DNA from: Candidatus Latescibacterota bacterium | Lineage (GTDB): Bacteria; Latescibacterota; UBA2968; UBA8231 | DNA length: 64,000 nt | Direction: 5' to 3' | NCBI GenBank assembly: GCA_965206595.1 | Contig: OZ242214.1 | Span: 5,440,001-5,504,000 of the forward strand | Shown here: positions 11,259-22,348 of the stretch, one piece after another | Layout of the letters: each line of letters opens with the position of its first letter | How positions within the stretch are numbered: position 1 is the stretch's first letter | Position numbers and translations under genes: made by a program | Notes under the pieces: generated by a model | Seen by the model: only the letters and a program-made list of their open reading frames with translations | Databases searched by the model: none | Told to the model about the DNA's origin: nothing

Positions 11259-11297
11259 GTCCGCTGGCGATACACCGGGTGTCCGCTGGCGTACACC
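11259..11297. promoter_or_regulatory. Tandem putative enhancer (UAS) sites
   Basis: Direct repeat GTCCGCTGGCG(A)TACACC at 11259-11276 and 11281-11297; the second forms GGTGT-N10-ACACC. Confidence 0.55.
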
Positions 11298-11326
11298 TGG
11301 AACCCTCAAACCGGGACCCCTCTTCC

Positions 11327-12692
<1,366 letters not shown>

Positions 12693-12703
<11 letters not shown>

Positions 12704-14059
12704 AGCCCGGGACCTGACGAACCTGCCGCGCCGCCTGATTCAGGGCTGCCGCTCCTTCCGCGCGCGGATCGTGCTCCGCGTCCTTCTTATCGGCGCAACC
12801 CTGTGGCTGCTGTTCCACACGACGGCGGGAGGATGGAGCTACCCGGCCGTAACCGTCGCCGCCGCCCTTCTCCTGCTCTACCAGATCTACGGCCTCGTCC
12901 ATTTCGTCGACCGCACCAACCGCGATCTGGCGCGCTTTCTAGCCGCCATCCGCTACGCCGACTTCTCTCAGACCTTCGTCTCCGGCGGTCTCGGCTCCTC
13001 CTTCGACGAGCTCAAGACGGCGTTCAACGAGGTGCTCGACGCCTTCCGTCTGGCGCGGGCGGAAAAGGAGGAACAGGCGCGCTACCTGCAGACCGTGGTG
13101 CAGCACATCGGCGTCGGCCTGCTCGTGTTCGACGGCGGCGGCAGGGTGTCGCTGATCAACAACGCCGCCAAACGCCTTCTGGGGGTTCCCCGGTTGGGGA
13201 ACATCGCCGACCTCGACCGCGTAAGTCCCGGCCTGGCCGCGGCCCTGAAAAACTCGGGCCCCGGGGCCGCGACCTGGTGCGCTTGGAGGAGATCCAGCTC
13301 GCCCTGCACGCCTCGGTGTTCCGCACGGGCGACCGCGAGCACACCCTGGTGGCGCTTCAGGACATCGGTCCCGACCTCGACGAAAAGGAGACGGAGGCCT
13401 GGCAGAACCTGATCCGCGTGCTGACCCACGAGATCATGAACTCCATCACCCCGATCGCCTCGCTGGCGGCCACCGCGGACGGCATGCTGAAGGAAGGGGA
13501 CCTCGACGGGGAGACCGCCGGGGACATCCGCACTGCGGTCGGCACCATCCAGCGCCGCAGCGAGGGCCTTTTGCAGTTCGTCGAGACCTACCGCGGGCTC
13601 ACCCGGGTGCCGGCGCCTTCGTTCGAGGTTGTCCCCGTGGCCGGCCTTTTCGCCCGGGTCGAGCAGCTGCTGCGGCCGCAGTTCGCCGAGTCAGGGGTAG
13701 AGTTGCACACACGGGTCGATCCCCCCGGCCTCGAGCTCACGGCGGATCCCGGCCAGGTCGAGCAGGTCCTGATCAACCTGCTGAGCAACGCTCGCGAAGC
13801 CACCGAGGGCGGCGCCGGGGCGCGCGTCGACCTGAGCGCTCACCTGGCGCGGGGGAAGGTCGTCGTCGAGGTCGCGGACAACGGGCCGGGTATCGTCGAG
13901 GAGGCGCTCGGCAAGCTCTTCATCCCCTTCTTCACGACCAGGCAGAACGGCTCGGGAATCGGACTGAGCCTGTGCCGCCAGATCATGAGGCTGCACCGCG
14001 GCTCCATCTCGGTGCGCTCGCAACCGGGGGTGCGGACGGTGTTCTCGCTGCGGTTCTGA
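12693..14059 (+). pseudogene. NtrY-like membrane sensor histidine kinase with one frameshift at ~13250 (mutation or sequencing error)
   Basis: Two TM segments and the PAS start lie in ORF 12693-13412. H-box LTHEIMNSITPI, N-box QVLINLLSNA, DNGPGI and GSGIGL lie in another frame. The switch is at the A5 run in CTGAAAAACTC. Confidence 0.85.
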
Positions 14060-14297
14060 GGTGATCAGATCAGACTCAGATCGGATCAGCGGTCAGGGAG
14101 GGGAGCAAGCAAAGACGGCGGTAGTGAGGGGCGATGGCCAAGCCGCCATTTTTGTGATGTGGATGTATGGTGGGTTGCCTCCAAAGCATGGCATCGTTTT
14201 GCAGCTGGACCCTTGCTCCGGGGGGTTCACAATTTACCAGGTTCGTTTGGTGCTGCCGGAGCTGTGCAAATGCAGCGCCCGGGTAGCTGAGGACAGG

Positions 14298-14585
14298 CTA
14301 CGACGCTGCTGCAGGCTCGAAGCTGATTCGCAGCCTGGTGCCGGTACTCTGCGCAATCTTTTCCAGTGTCCTGGTGGAGGGGTGAACGCGCCCGCTCTCG
14401 AGCCGCGCGACGACCGATTGCGTCGTCTCCATGCGCTCGGCGAGCTGAGCCTGGGTGAGCCCGGCACCGATGCGGGCCTCGATCATCGAGCGGGCCAGCT
14501 CGAATTCCGGTCCAAGCTCGTTATAGGTCGTCAGGTAGTCGGGGTCCCGACTCCATTTTTCGTGCAAGTCGATTACCTTGCTCAT
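14298..14585 (-). CDS. XRE/HigA-like HTH antitoxin
   Basis: EFELARSMIEARIGAGLTQAQLAERMETTQSVVARLESGRVHPSTRTLEKIA; overlaps the toxin stop codon. Confidence 0.88.
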   Translation of the reverse strand: MSKVIDLHEKWSRDPDYLTTYNELGPEFELARSMIEARIGAGLTQAQLAERMETTQSVVARLESGRVHPSTRTLEKIAQSTGTRLRISFEPAAAS

Positions 14586-14875
14586 TCCAGCACCTCCCTG
14601 GCGCGTTGCAACGCTATGTCAATCTCCCGGCGGGGCGTCCTGCGTGTCTTCTTGACAAAGACGCGCACCACCACGAGACGTTTGTCCCGGACGGTGACAT
14701 ACAGCGCACGCGATATACCATCCCTGCCGTTCATGCGCATTTCCCAGAGCGGGCCGGTCAAGTGCCTGATATGCGGTGCCCCAACGCGGTCCAATCCTAC
14801 CGCCGCGATTAACTCACTGATGCGCACGAACCGTGCGCGCATGTCGTTGGGCAGAGCGTCAAGCTCTTTGTCCAC
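14582..14875 (-). CDS. RelE/ParE-superfamily (HigB/Gp49-like) toxin, possibly N-terminally clipped
   Basis: PHIRHLTGPLWEMRMNGRDGISRALY...VRVFVKKTRRTPRREIDIA; toxin-before-antitoxin order. Confidence 0.82.
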   Translation of the reverse strand: MDKELDALPNDMRARFVRISELIAAVGLDRVGAPHIRHLTGPLWEMRMNGRDGISRALYVTVRDKRLVVVRVFVKKTRRTPRREIDIALQRAREVLE

Positions 14876-14992
14876 CCTCGCATTCAGGGTCTCGACGGAC
14901 TAGTTCCATGACCATCCCAATATAGCATATTTGATATACTCGCGGCAACGATGTGTTTCTGGAAATCGCCGGCGCGTCACCTTGATACCCGG

Positions 14993-15240
14993 TCAAAGCA
15001 GACGGTCATCCGGTTCCGGCGGTTGGCCTCCGGCCCGCCGAAGAATGCACCGTGCCGCCCCGAGATCGGCCTCGGCTCCGCGTGCGGCGAAGAATTCGGC
15101 GGTTCATGGCGGAGATTTTTCGGCGACTGCCGTCGTTACGAACTGGTTGATGCTCGTCCGTCTTCCTTGCTGATCTCGGCGGAGGCCGCCTTCAGAGAAG
15201 CGGGCAGCCGCAACGGGAAAGTGCTGGTTCGTTTCTTCAT
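14993..15240 (-). pseudogene. HicB-like/RHH antitoxin with two frameshifts
   Basis: Manual reading across frames: MKKRTSTFPLRLPASLKAASAEISKEDG / SINQFVTTAVAEKISAM / TAEFFAARGAEADLGAARCILRRAGGQPPEPDDRLL*. Confidence 0.7.
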
Positions 15241-15455
15241 TCCGATATCCTCCTCAATTCCTCCCGGGGCGAAAACACCGCGATCCCGAAGCGTGCGGGG
15301 CCATCGCCGAAATCCCGCCGGTTGAAGGTGACCAACGCATCGGCGTTGCCGTTGATGGCGGCCTCGAGCACCATCTCATCGGCAGGATCGCGAACCTGCG
15401 GACGCCACAGGAATCGTGTTTCAACGGGCTCCGCGACCAGGCAAAGCGCGGAGAT
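15237..15455 (-). pseudogene. PIN-domain (VapC-like) toxin, C-terminal fragment
   Basis: FLWRPQVRDPADEMVLEAAINGNADALVTFNRRDF; the N-terminal DTN strand is absent. Confidence 0.75.
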
Positions 15456-15580
15456 GACCATGCATGACATCATATACGATGTCTGCAATGATACAGAGGG
15501 TCACGGCCGGAGGTGCCGGCCGACTGGGTCGGGTATTCCTCGGTTTTTTGGAGTGAGACAGCAGCGAAGTCGAGACAGCG

Positions 15581-16393
15581 CTAAGGCTTCGGCCTGATCT
15601 TCCGATTCATCGCCCAGCGCGGGTAGTAGTCGTACACCTCGGCGTCCGGCAGCGGCGAGCCGAGCATCTGCGGCGGGATCCTGAAGGGCCCTTCCATCGT
15701 TACGGAGGTCGTGAAGGCATAGCGCAGGCCGACCGCCCGCAGGGTCCGCACCGAGGGCACGTTGAACGGCCCGACGGTGGCCATGGGAATGCCGCCGTTC
15801 CCGATGATCCAGTTGGCGGCGGCGGCGACGACGGCGCGGCCGAGGCCGCGGCCCTTGGCTTCGGGGATCACGTCCATGCCGATTTCCCACACCGGGTCGC
15901 CGCGGTCGGTTACCACGGCCAGCGCCGCGAGCCGGCCTTCCTCGGCGATGCCGAAGCCGACGACCGCTTCGGGCGCGCAGTGCCAGAAGAGGTCGTAGTC
16001 GAGGCCGCGCAGGTCGTCCGCGGTGAAGCGGCGGGGGCGCTCGTCGTCGCACGGTCCCACCGTTGATCCGTCGCCGAACAGGTACCACGTCGGGCCCCAG
16101 ATGCCGTAGCCGTGCGGCAGGGTTACCCGCGCGAGCTCGGCGCAGCCGAAGGGGGAGAAGATCATCTCCATCGGCAGGCGGCCGGCAAGTGAACGCAGTT
16201 CCTCCAACCAGTCGGCCCGGGCCGCCAGGGCGCAGCGTCCGTCCAGCTTGAGCGCCACCAGGGGGCCGCAGGCCGCCCCAGGTTCGATTTCCACCACCGG
16301 AACCGGGTCGTCGCCGAGGGCCGCCAGGGGCAACCCCAGGTGGTGTTCCGTCCAGGAGCGGAGCGGGTTGTTGAAAACGTCGGGCTGGTTCAC
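15581..16393 (-). CDS. GNAT-family N-acetyltransferase
   Basis: GTG start overlaps the upstream stop; WEIGMDVIPEAKGRGLGRAVV and NVPSVRTLRAVG acetyl-CoA motifs. Confidence 0.8.
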   Translation of the reverse strand: MNQPDVFNNPLRSWTEHHLGLPLAALGDDPVPVVEIEPGAACGPLVALKLDGRCALAARADWLEELRSLAGRLPMEMIFSPFGCAELARVTLPHGYGIWGPTWYLFGDGSTVGPCDDERPRRFTADDLRGLDYDLFWHCAPEAVVGFGIAEEGRLAALAVVTDRGDPVWEIGMDVIPEAKGRGLGRAVVAAAANWIIGNGGIPMATVGPFNVPSVRTLRAVGLRYAFTTSVTMEGPFRIPPQMLGSPLPDAEVYDYYPRWAMNRKIRPKP

Positions 16394-17769
16394 GGCAGCT
16401 TCTCCGCCAGCTCTTCGGCCGGGTAGGTGACGATTTCGGCAAGCGTCGGATGGTAGTGGGGGATGTTCATCAGGTCGCGGACGGTGCCGCGGAAGTACAT
16501 CACCGCGATCAGCTCGTGGATCAGCTCCCCGGCCTCGGGCCCGACGATGTGGCCGCCGAGCAGCTCGCCGCTGCGCGGATCGCAGATCAGCTTTACGTGA
16601 CCGTGGGTCGCCCCCATGGTCATCGACTTGCCGTGGTCCCCGAACGGGTAGGAGGCGACGAGATGGGGAATCCCTTCGGCGCGGCACTCCTTTTCCGCGC
16701 GGCCGACGCCGGCGACCGCCGGATCGGTGAAGACGACCTGGGTGCTCAGCCGCGAATCCATGCGCTTCGCCGGGCGCTCGCCGCACACGGCGTTGTGGCC
16801 GGCGGTCTCCCCCTGCTGAACGGCGATGTGGACGATTTCGTGTTCGCCGTTGACGTCTCCGACGGCGAAGATGTGCGGCTGACTGGTGCGCATCTCCTCG
16901 TCGACGGTTATGGCGCGGCCGGTTTCGACCCCTGCGGCCTCCAGCCCGAGGCCGTCGGTGTTGGGCCGCCGCCCCAGGGCCTGAAACACCAGCTGCGCCG
17001 CCGCGGTGCGCTCCTGCCCCTGGTGGGAGAAATGGGCGACAATGGCCTTTCCTTCCGAGCTGAAGCGGTGCAGCCGCGTGCCGGTGAACAGCTCCATTCC
17101 GTCCTCGCGGAAGGAGTCCTCCACCGGCCGCGCCAGGTCCTCGTCCCCCTTCGACAGGATGTGGCCGCTGCGCTGCAGGAGGGTGACCTGGGTGCCGATG
17201 CGCTGGAAGAACTGCGCCAGCTCGACGGCGACGGGGCCGCCCCCGAGAACGAGAAGCGATTGCGGCTGCTCGCGCAGCTCGAGCAGCTCGTCGCTTGTCA
17301 GGTAGCCGGCCTCGTCGAGCCCGGGGATCTCTGGCCGGGTCGCTACAGATCCGGTGGCGATGATGAAGCTGGCGGCCTTGAGGATGTGGTCCCCGGCCCG
17401 CAGCCGGTGGGGGTCCTCGAAAACGGCGCGTTCCTCGTAGAGGGTGAATCCAGGGCGGCCCAGCTGCTCGATGCGGTAGTCGGCGAAGGAGCGCACCAGG
17501 CGCTCCTTGCGGCCGATGATCGCCGCCAGGTCGGCGCCCGCCTCGACGGGCAGCAGCCCGAACTCCGGGGCCCGGCGCATCAGCGCCATGATATCGGAGG
17601 AGCGCAGGATGGTCTTGCTCGGCATGCAGCCGCGCAGGATGCACAGGCCCCCGAGGGGGCCGTGATCGACGATGGCGACGTCGGCGCCGGCGTCGCGCGC
17701 GGTGGCCGCGGCGGCGTATCCCGCGGAGCCGCCGCCGAGGACGACTACGTCGTGGGTTCGTTCAGACAT
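16390..17769 (-). CDS. Pyridine nucleotide-disulfide oxidoreductase (dihydrolipoamide dehydrogenase-like)
   Basis: VVLGGGSAG, GGLCILRGCMPSK, GGGPVAVE, IFAVGD, HYHPTLAE. Confidence 0.88.
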   Translation of the reverse strand: MSERTHDVVVLGGGSAGYAAAATARDAGADVAIVDHGPLGGLCILRGCMPSKTILRSSDIMALMRRAPEFGLLPVEAGADLAAIIGRKERLVRSFADYRIEQLGRPGFTLYEERAVFEDPHRLRAGDHILKAASFIIATGSVATRPEIPGLDEAGYLTSDELLELREQPQSLLVLGGGPVAVELAQFFQRIGTQVTLLQRSGHILSKGDEDLARPVEDSFREDGMELFTGTRLHRFSSEGKAIVAHFSHQGQERTAAAQLVFQALGRRPNTDGLGLEAAGVETGRAITVDEEMRTSQPHIFAVGDVNGEHEIVHIAVQQGETAGHNAVCGERPAKRMDSRLSTQVVFTDPAVAGVGRAEKECRAEGIPHLVASYPFGDHGKSMTMGATHGHVKLICDPRSGELLGGHIVGPEAGELIHELIAVMYFRGTVRDLMNIPHYHPTLAEIVTYPAEELAEKLP

Positions 17770-17894
17770 GTCTGCCGTGGTGAGGTGAAGGTTGAGTTGA
17801 AGTGGAAATGGTGAAGTTCGAAATGAGGTTATACTTGCCGGTGCACCATGAACGGCCCCGGAACGACCCGCCGCAATTCCCGAAACCAGACCGC

Positions 17895-19094
17895 ATGCCG
17901 CGCACTCCGTTCGCCCTTTGCCTGACGGCCGTTGCCCTGCTGCTCCTGGCTCAGGGCGCAACTGCCGAGAAGGGGTTCGCGCCGCCGACGCTGACGATGC
18001 GGGTGTACGACGAGCGCGTGCAGCGCGGCGTCGATCTCATCTACAATCTCCGCTTCGAGGAAGCGGACCGCTACTTCGACGACCTCGTCGCTTCCTACCC
18101 GGATAATCCTCTCGGCTACTTTTTCAGGGCGATGGTTGCCTGGTGGCGGGTGTTGATCGACCTCGACGACACTTCGCACGACGAGGCATTCTACCGGCGC
18201 ATCGAGGAGTGCATCGAGATCTGCGATGCGCGCCTGCGGGTCGACGCGGACGACTTCGACGCCATCCTCTTCAAGGGAGGGGCCATCGGCTTTCGCGGGC
18301 GCCTGCGCGGCGACCGCCGCCAGATGCTGCGCGCGGCCCGGGACGGGCTCCGCTGCCTGCCGTTGCTCGAGCGCAGCCGCAGCATGGAGCCGACCAACAA
18401 GGACATCCTTTTCGGACAGGGGATCTACAACTACTTCCGCGAGGTGATCCCGCAGAAGTACCCGATCGTGCGCGCCGTCACCTGGATGCTGGAGGACGGA
18501 GACCGCGAAACCGGGCTGCGCCAGCTGCGGGAAGTCGCCGCCGGGGGTCGCTACGCCAGGGCGGAGGCGAAGTACTTCCTGGCGCAGATCTACCGCCTCT
18601 TCGAGGAAGAGGAGGCCGAAGCCCTGCCCTATCTCGAGGAGCTGCGATCCCGCTACCCCGCCAACTCGATCTTCCACCGCTACACCGCCAGGACCTACGC
18701 GTCCCTCAACCGGTGGGAGCGCGCCCTCCCCCTGTACCGCGAGGTCGTCGAACGCAGCGAAGCGGGCGCGAGGGGGTACCACCGCCGCGCCCATATCGAG
18801 GCTCTCTACTACCAGGGCTATTTCGCCTTCATCCGCAACCGGCTCGCCGAAGTGGTGCCGCCGCTGGCGGCGGCCGACAGTCTCAGCCGCGGTCTGGGCG
18901 AGCGTCCGGATGACCAGGAAGTGGGCGGCTACGTGGCGCTGTCCAACCTCTTCCTCGGCATGGCCCTCGACGGTCTGGGGCGCCGCGAGGAAGCGATGGC
19001 GCGCTACGCCCGCGTCCGCGAGCTGCCCGGTCACGGGAACAGCCACGAGCTCGCCGCGGGCCACGAGGCGAAACCGTACCGCCTGCCGCAATAG
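17895..19094 (+). CDS. Secreted tetratricopeptide-repeat protein
   Basis: Signal peptide (FALCLTAVALLLLAQGATA) followed by helical TPR-like repeats. Confidence 0.75.
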   Translation: MPRTPFALCLTAVALLLLAQGATAEKGFAPPTLTMRVYDERVQRGVDLIYNLRFEEADRYFDDLVASYPDNPLGYFFRAMVAWWRVLIDLDDTSHDEAFYRRIEECIEICDARLRVDADDFDAILFKGGAIGFRGRLRGDRRQMLRAARDGLRCLPLLERSRSMEPTNKDILFGQGIYNYFREVIPQKYPIVRAVTWMLEDGDRETGLRQLREVAAGGRYARAEAKYFLAQIYRLFEEEEAEALPYLEELRSRYPANSIFHRYTARTYASLNRWERALPLYREVVERSEAGARGYHRRAHIEALYYQGYFAFIRNRLAEVVPPLAAADSLSRGLGERPDDQEVGGYVALSNLFLGMALDGLGRREEAMARYARVRELPGHGNSHELAAGHEAKPYRLPQ

Positions 19095-19124
19095 TCCGCA
19101 TTCCGCCGGGTTCCGGACCCAGGT

Positions 19125-19685
19125 TCAGGAAAGCTCCTCCCACTGTCTCAGGATCTCGAAAAGCACCACCGCGCAGGCGCTGGCGACGTTGAGCGAGTTC
19201 TTGAAGCCGAAGACCGGTATCTCGACGAGCTCGTCGCAGGCGCGCAGCACCTCCTCGCCGACGCCGAGGGCCTCGTTGCCGAGGACCAGGGCGACGGGAC
19301 GGGGGTACTTCACCGAGGTGTGGGTCCGGCTTCGGGACGTCGTCTCCAGGGCCCAGACCGGGGTTCCCGCCCGCTGCAGTTCCTCGACGGCCAGAAGCGC
19401 CGAGTCGCGGTGCGAGGTCTCGACGTAGCCGAGGGTGCCCAGCGCGGTTTTCTCCAGCCTCGGGTGCGGCGGATGGGCGGTATAGCCGCAGGTGATGACG
19501 CGCTCGATGCGGGCGGTGTCGGCGGTGCGGAAGATCGAGCCGACGTTGAAGGCGCTGCGCAGGTTGTCGAGGACGAGGGTGACGGGAAACTTCGGCAGCC
19601 GCCGGTACTCCTCCAGCGGCAGCTGCGAGTCGCGGCTGCGGACCTCGAACCGCGTTTCCTCCCAACCGTCTTCCCGGCGCCGCAA
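19125..19685 (-). CDS. SpoU/TrmH-family RNA methyltransferase
   Basis: LDNLRSAFNVGSIFRTAD, LVLGNEALGV, IPVFGFKNSLNVASA. Confidence 0.92.
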   Translation of the reverse strand: MRRREDGWEETRFEVRSRDSQLPLEEYRRLPKFPVTLVLDNLRSAFNVGSIFRTADTARIERVITCGYTAHPPHPRLEKTALGTLGYVETSHRDSALLAVEELQRAGTPVWALETTSRSRTHTSVKYPRPVALVLGNEALGVGEEVLRACDELVEIPVFGFKNSLNVASACAVVLFEILRQWEELS

Positions 19686-19694
19686 CCCGGCCTC

Positions 19695-20741
19695 TCAGGA
19701 AAGGGTGACCGCTTCTCCCCGGGCCGCGGACCGGGCCGCGGCTTCGAGGACGCGCACCACATCGTGGACGCTTTCGCAGGTGACCGCCGGTTCCTCCCGC
19801 CCGAGGATGGCCGCGGCGACGTTCTCGTAGTAGCTGCGCCAGCGGCCAGGGACCGGCTCGACCGCGGTCTGCCGGGTCTCGCCGCCGTCGTCGCGGAAGA
19901 GGCTGGCGCCGTCGCGCGGCGAGGGGCGGGCGGCGTCGATGTCGCCGGCCTTCATCGCCTCTTCCTGGGGATCGAAGCCGCGCTGGATCAGGGTGCCCTC
20001 GCTGCCGGTGAGGAACCAGCGCCGTTTCGGCACCCTGGCGACCGAGGAGGTGGTCACCTGCGCCAGAACCCCGTTGGCGAAGGTCAGCAGGCAGTGGGCG
20101 TGATCCTCGACGTCGTTGTCGTGGACACCGGAGCAGAACTGGGCGTACACCCGCACGACCGGGGCGCCGGCCAGCTGCAGGGCCTGGTCGACGAGGTGGG
20201 AGCCGAGGTCGATCCAGCGCCCGCCCCCGCGGGCAGCCTCGCTGCGCCAGGTGCGTGGTTTTCTCGGGTCGTTCCAGGAGGTTTCGAGGGAGATCGGCTC
20301 GCCGACCGCTCCCTCGGCGAGCGCTTTCTGTATGGTGAGGAAGTCCCGGTCCCAGCGCCGATTCTGGAAACAGGTCAGGAGCCGGCCGCTGTCCCTGGCC
20401 GCGGCGATCATGCTGTGCGACTCGCCGGCGTTGAGGGCCATCGGCTTGTCGGTGACGACGTGCTTGCCCGCGGCGAGGGCAGCGAGCGCCTGCGGGGCGT
20501 GCAGGTCGTTGGGTGTCGCCAGCACCACGAGGTCGACCCGCTCGTCGGCGAGGGCTTCCTCGAGACGGGCGAAACGGCGGGCTCCCATCTCTTCGATCTC
20601 GCGCCCTGCCTCGGGTCGGCTGCTGACGACCCCGTAGAGATGGAGCTCCGGGACGAGGCCGATCAGATAGCAGTGGAAAAGCCGCCCGGCGACTCCGAAG
20701 CCGACGACGACTGTGTTGATGGAGGAAGGGGATGGGGGCAT
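19695..20741 (-). CDS. Gfo/Idh/MocA-family oxidoreductase
   Basis: VVGFGVAG, ATPNDLH, HVVTDKPMA, FQNRRWD, GGRWIDLGSHLVDQ. Confidence 0.9.
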   Translation of the reverse strand: MPPSPSSINTVVVGFGVAGRLFHCYLIGLVPELHLYGVVSSRPEAGREIEEMGARRFARLEEALADERVDLVVLATPNDLHAPQALAALAAGKHVVTDKPMALNAGESHSMIAAARDSGRLLTCFQNRRWDRDFLTIQKALAEGAVGEPISLETSWNDPRKPRTWRSEAARGGGRWIDLGSHLVDQALQLAGAPVVRVYAQFCSGVHDNDVEDHAHCLLTFANGVLAQVTTSSVARVPKRRWFLTGSEGTLIQRGFDPQEEAMKAGDIDAARPSPRDGASLFRDDGGETRQTAVEPVPGRWRSYYENVAAAILGREEPAVTCESVHDVVRVLEAAARSAARGEAVTLS

Positions 20742-20958
20742 GGGGGCCGTGGTTTTATTGCATTGGCCGCGAAAAGCGGCAATGTTACGCGCCGTGATGG
20801 CAGCCGGCAAGCGGATGACGCCCTCCCTGGTCCGAAGCCGCCTGTCGCCTCGCGAAGTTCAACCGGGCTCGCTTGCGGGAACATCCGCGGAGGAAGGGGC
20901 ATCCTACTTTGAGCAGCGACCGGCCCCCCCGGCTCCCGCCGGGACCGCGCAGACCGCC

Positions 20959-22335
20959 TTGATTCATAATAAGAGAACCGTTCGCCTCAACGCGCTCATA
21001 ATCTGTTTCGCCGCTCTCCTCGAGACCGGCTGCGGCGCCGCCTATTCCGGCTTCATGAAGGCGCCCCTGAAGCGGCTGGAAGGGCGCGACTACGAGGGGG
21101 CCCTGGCCAATCTGGAAAAACCGGCCGGGGACACGGACATGCTCCTGTACCGGCTGGAGCGCGGGCTCATCCTTCACTACCAGGGGGAGTACGAAGCATC
21201 GGACCGGCAGTTCGAGAAGGCGGAGCGGCTGATCGACAAGCATTACACGCGCTCCGTGGTGCGGGAGGTGGGAGCCTTCCTTACCAACGACGCGATCCGC
21301 GCCTACAGCGGCGAGGAGTACGAGCGCGCCCTGATTCATTACTACCGCGCCCTCAACAGCCTGAATCTCGGAGACACGGAGAACGCTCTGATCGAATGCC
21401 GCAAGGTCAATCTCAGGCTGCAGGACTTCGCCGCCGAAGCGGAGTACGAGCTCACCTACAGGAACGACGCCTTCCTGCAGTACCTGACCGGTCTCCTGTA
21501 CGAGGCGGAAGGGGAGTGGAACGACGCCTACATCTCCTACCGGGACGCACTAAAGGGATACAGGGCGTACCGCGAGATGTTCGGGACAAGGATGCCCTCG
21601 GCCCTGCAGCGGGACATCACCGAGCTGGCCATGGCGCTGGGGTACGAAGAGGACGTCGAGGAGTACAGCGAGCGCTTTGACTTGCAGCCCGAGGATCTGC
21701 GGCAACCGCAGGGGGTCGAGATCATCGTTTTCGCGGAAAGCGGATTCATCGCCCGCAAGCACCAGCGCGAGATCTCGATGCCGATCCTCGAGGATGACGA
21801 CGGCCCTGTGTGGGAGGTTTCGAAAAGGGCCGTACATCGCTACCATCACCCCCGCCGCTACCGCAAGGTCGACTACTGGCTTCGCGTTGCCCTGCCGGAG
21901 TACGTGCCGATTCGCTCCCAGGTAGCCGGGGTCAGGCTGTCCGGGGCGGGAAGCATGGCGCAGGGGGTGCTGATGGAGGACCTGGACGCCATCGCGATCA
22001 AGAGCTTCGAGGAGAAGGAGAGGTCGGTGCTGCTGCGGACCGCCGCCCGCGCCCTTGCCAAATACCTGGCCGTCAAGAAGATAGAAGAGGAAAGCTCGGT
22101 TCTGGGGGCGATCTTCAACCTCTTCGGATCTTCGGTCGAAGCGGCCGACACCCGCGGCTGGCTGTCCCTGCCGAAAACCATATGGATGGTGCGCGTGTGG
22201 TTGCCGCCGGGAACCGCTGACCTCGATCTGGAGTTTCTCAATGCTGGGGGGCGAGTCGTCGACAGCCATCGCTTCGAGCGGATCGAGCTTCAAGGCAGCG
22301 GTCCGGTGGTGCTCAGCCACCGCAGCTTTCAGTGA
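20959..22335 (+). CDS. COG3014-like TPR lipoprotein (start uncertain)
   Basis: Lipobox-like LLETGC; LLYRLERG, AYSGEEYE...YYRALN, EAADTRGWLSLP; lies upstream of an LpoB-like gene. Confidence 0.75.
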   Translation: MIHNKRTVRLNALIICFAALLETGCGAAYSGFMKAPLKRLEGRDYEGALANLEKPAGDTDMLLYRLERGLILHYQGEYEASDRQFEKAERLIDKHYTRSVVREVGAFLTNDAIRAYSGEEYERALIHYYRALNSLNLGDTENALIECRKVNLRLQDFAAEAEYELTYRNDAFLQYLTGLLYEAEGEWNDAYISYRDALKGYRAYREMFGTRMPSALQRDITELAMALGYEEDVEEYSERFDLQPEDLRQPQGVEIIVFAESGFIARKHQREISMPILEDDDGPVWEVSKRAVHRYHHPRRYRKVDYWLRVALPEYVPIRSQVAGVRLSGAGSMAQGVLMEDLDAIAIKSFEEKERSVLLRTAARALAKYLAVKKIEEESSVLGAIFNLFGSSVEAADTRGWLSLPKTIWMVRVWLPPGTADLDLEFLNAGGRVVDSHRFERIELQGSGPVVLSHRSFQ

Positions 22336-22348
22336 GAAGGACGAGATC

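Noticed and set aside
14061-14903. 280-aa plus-strand ORF
   Set aside because: Antisense to the toxin-antitoxin pair and without motifs
16390-17769. Mercuric reductase merA
   Set aside because: No C-terminal Cys-Cys pair, no NmerA domain and no mer genes; it has the HPTxxE motif of lipoamide-dehydrogenase-like enzymes
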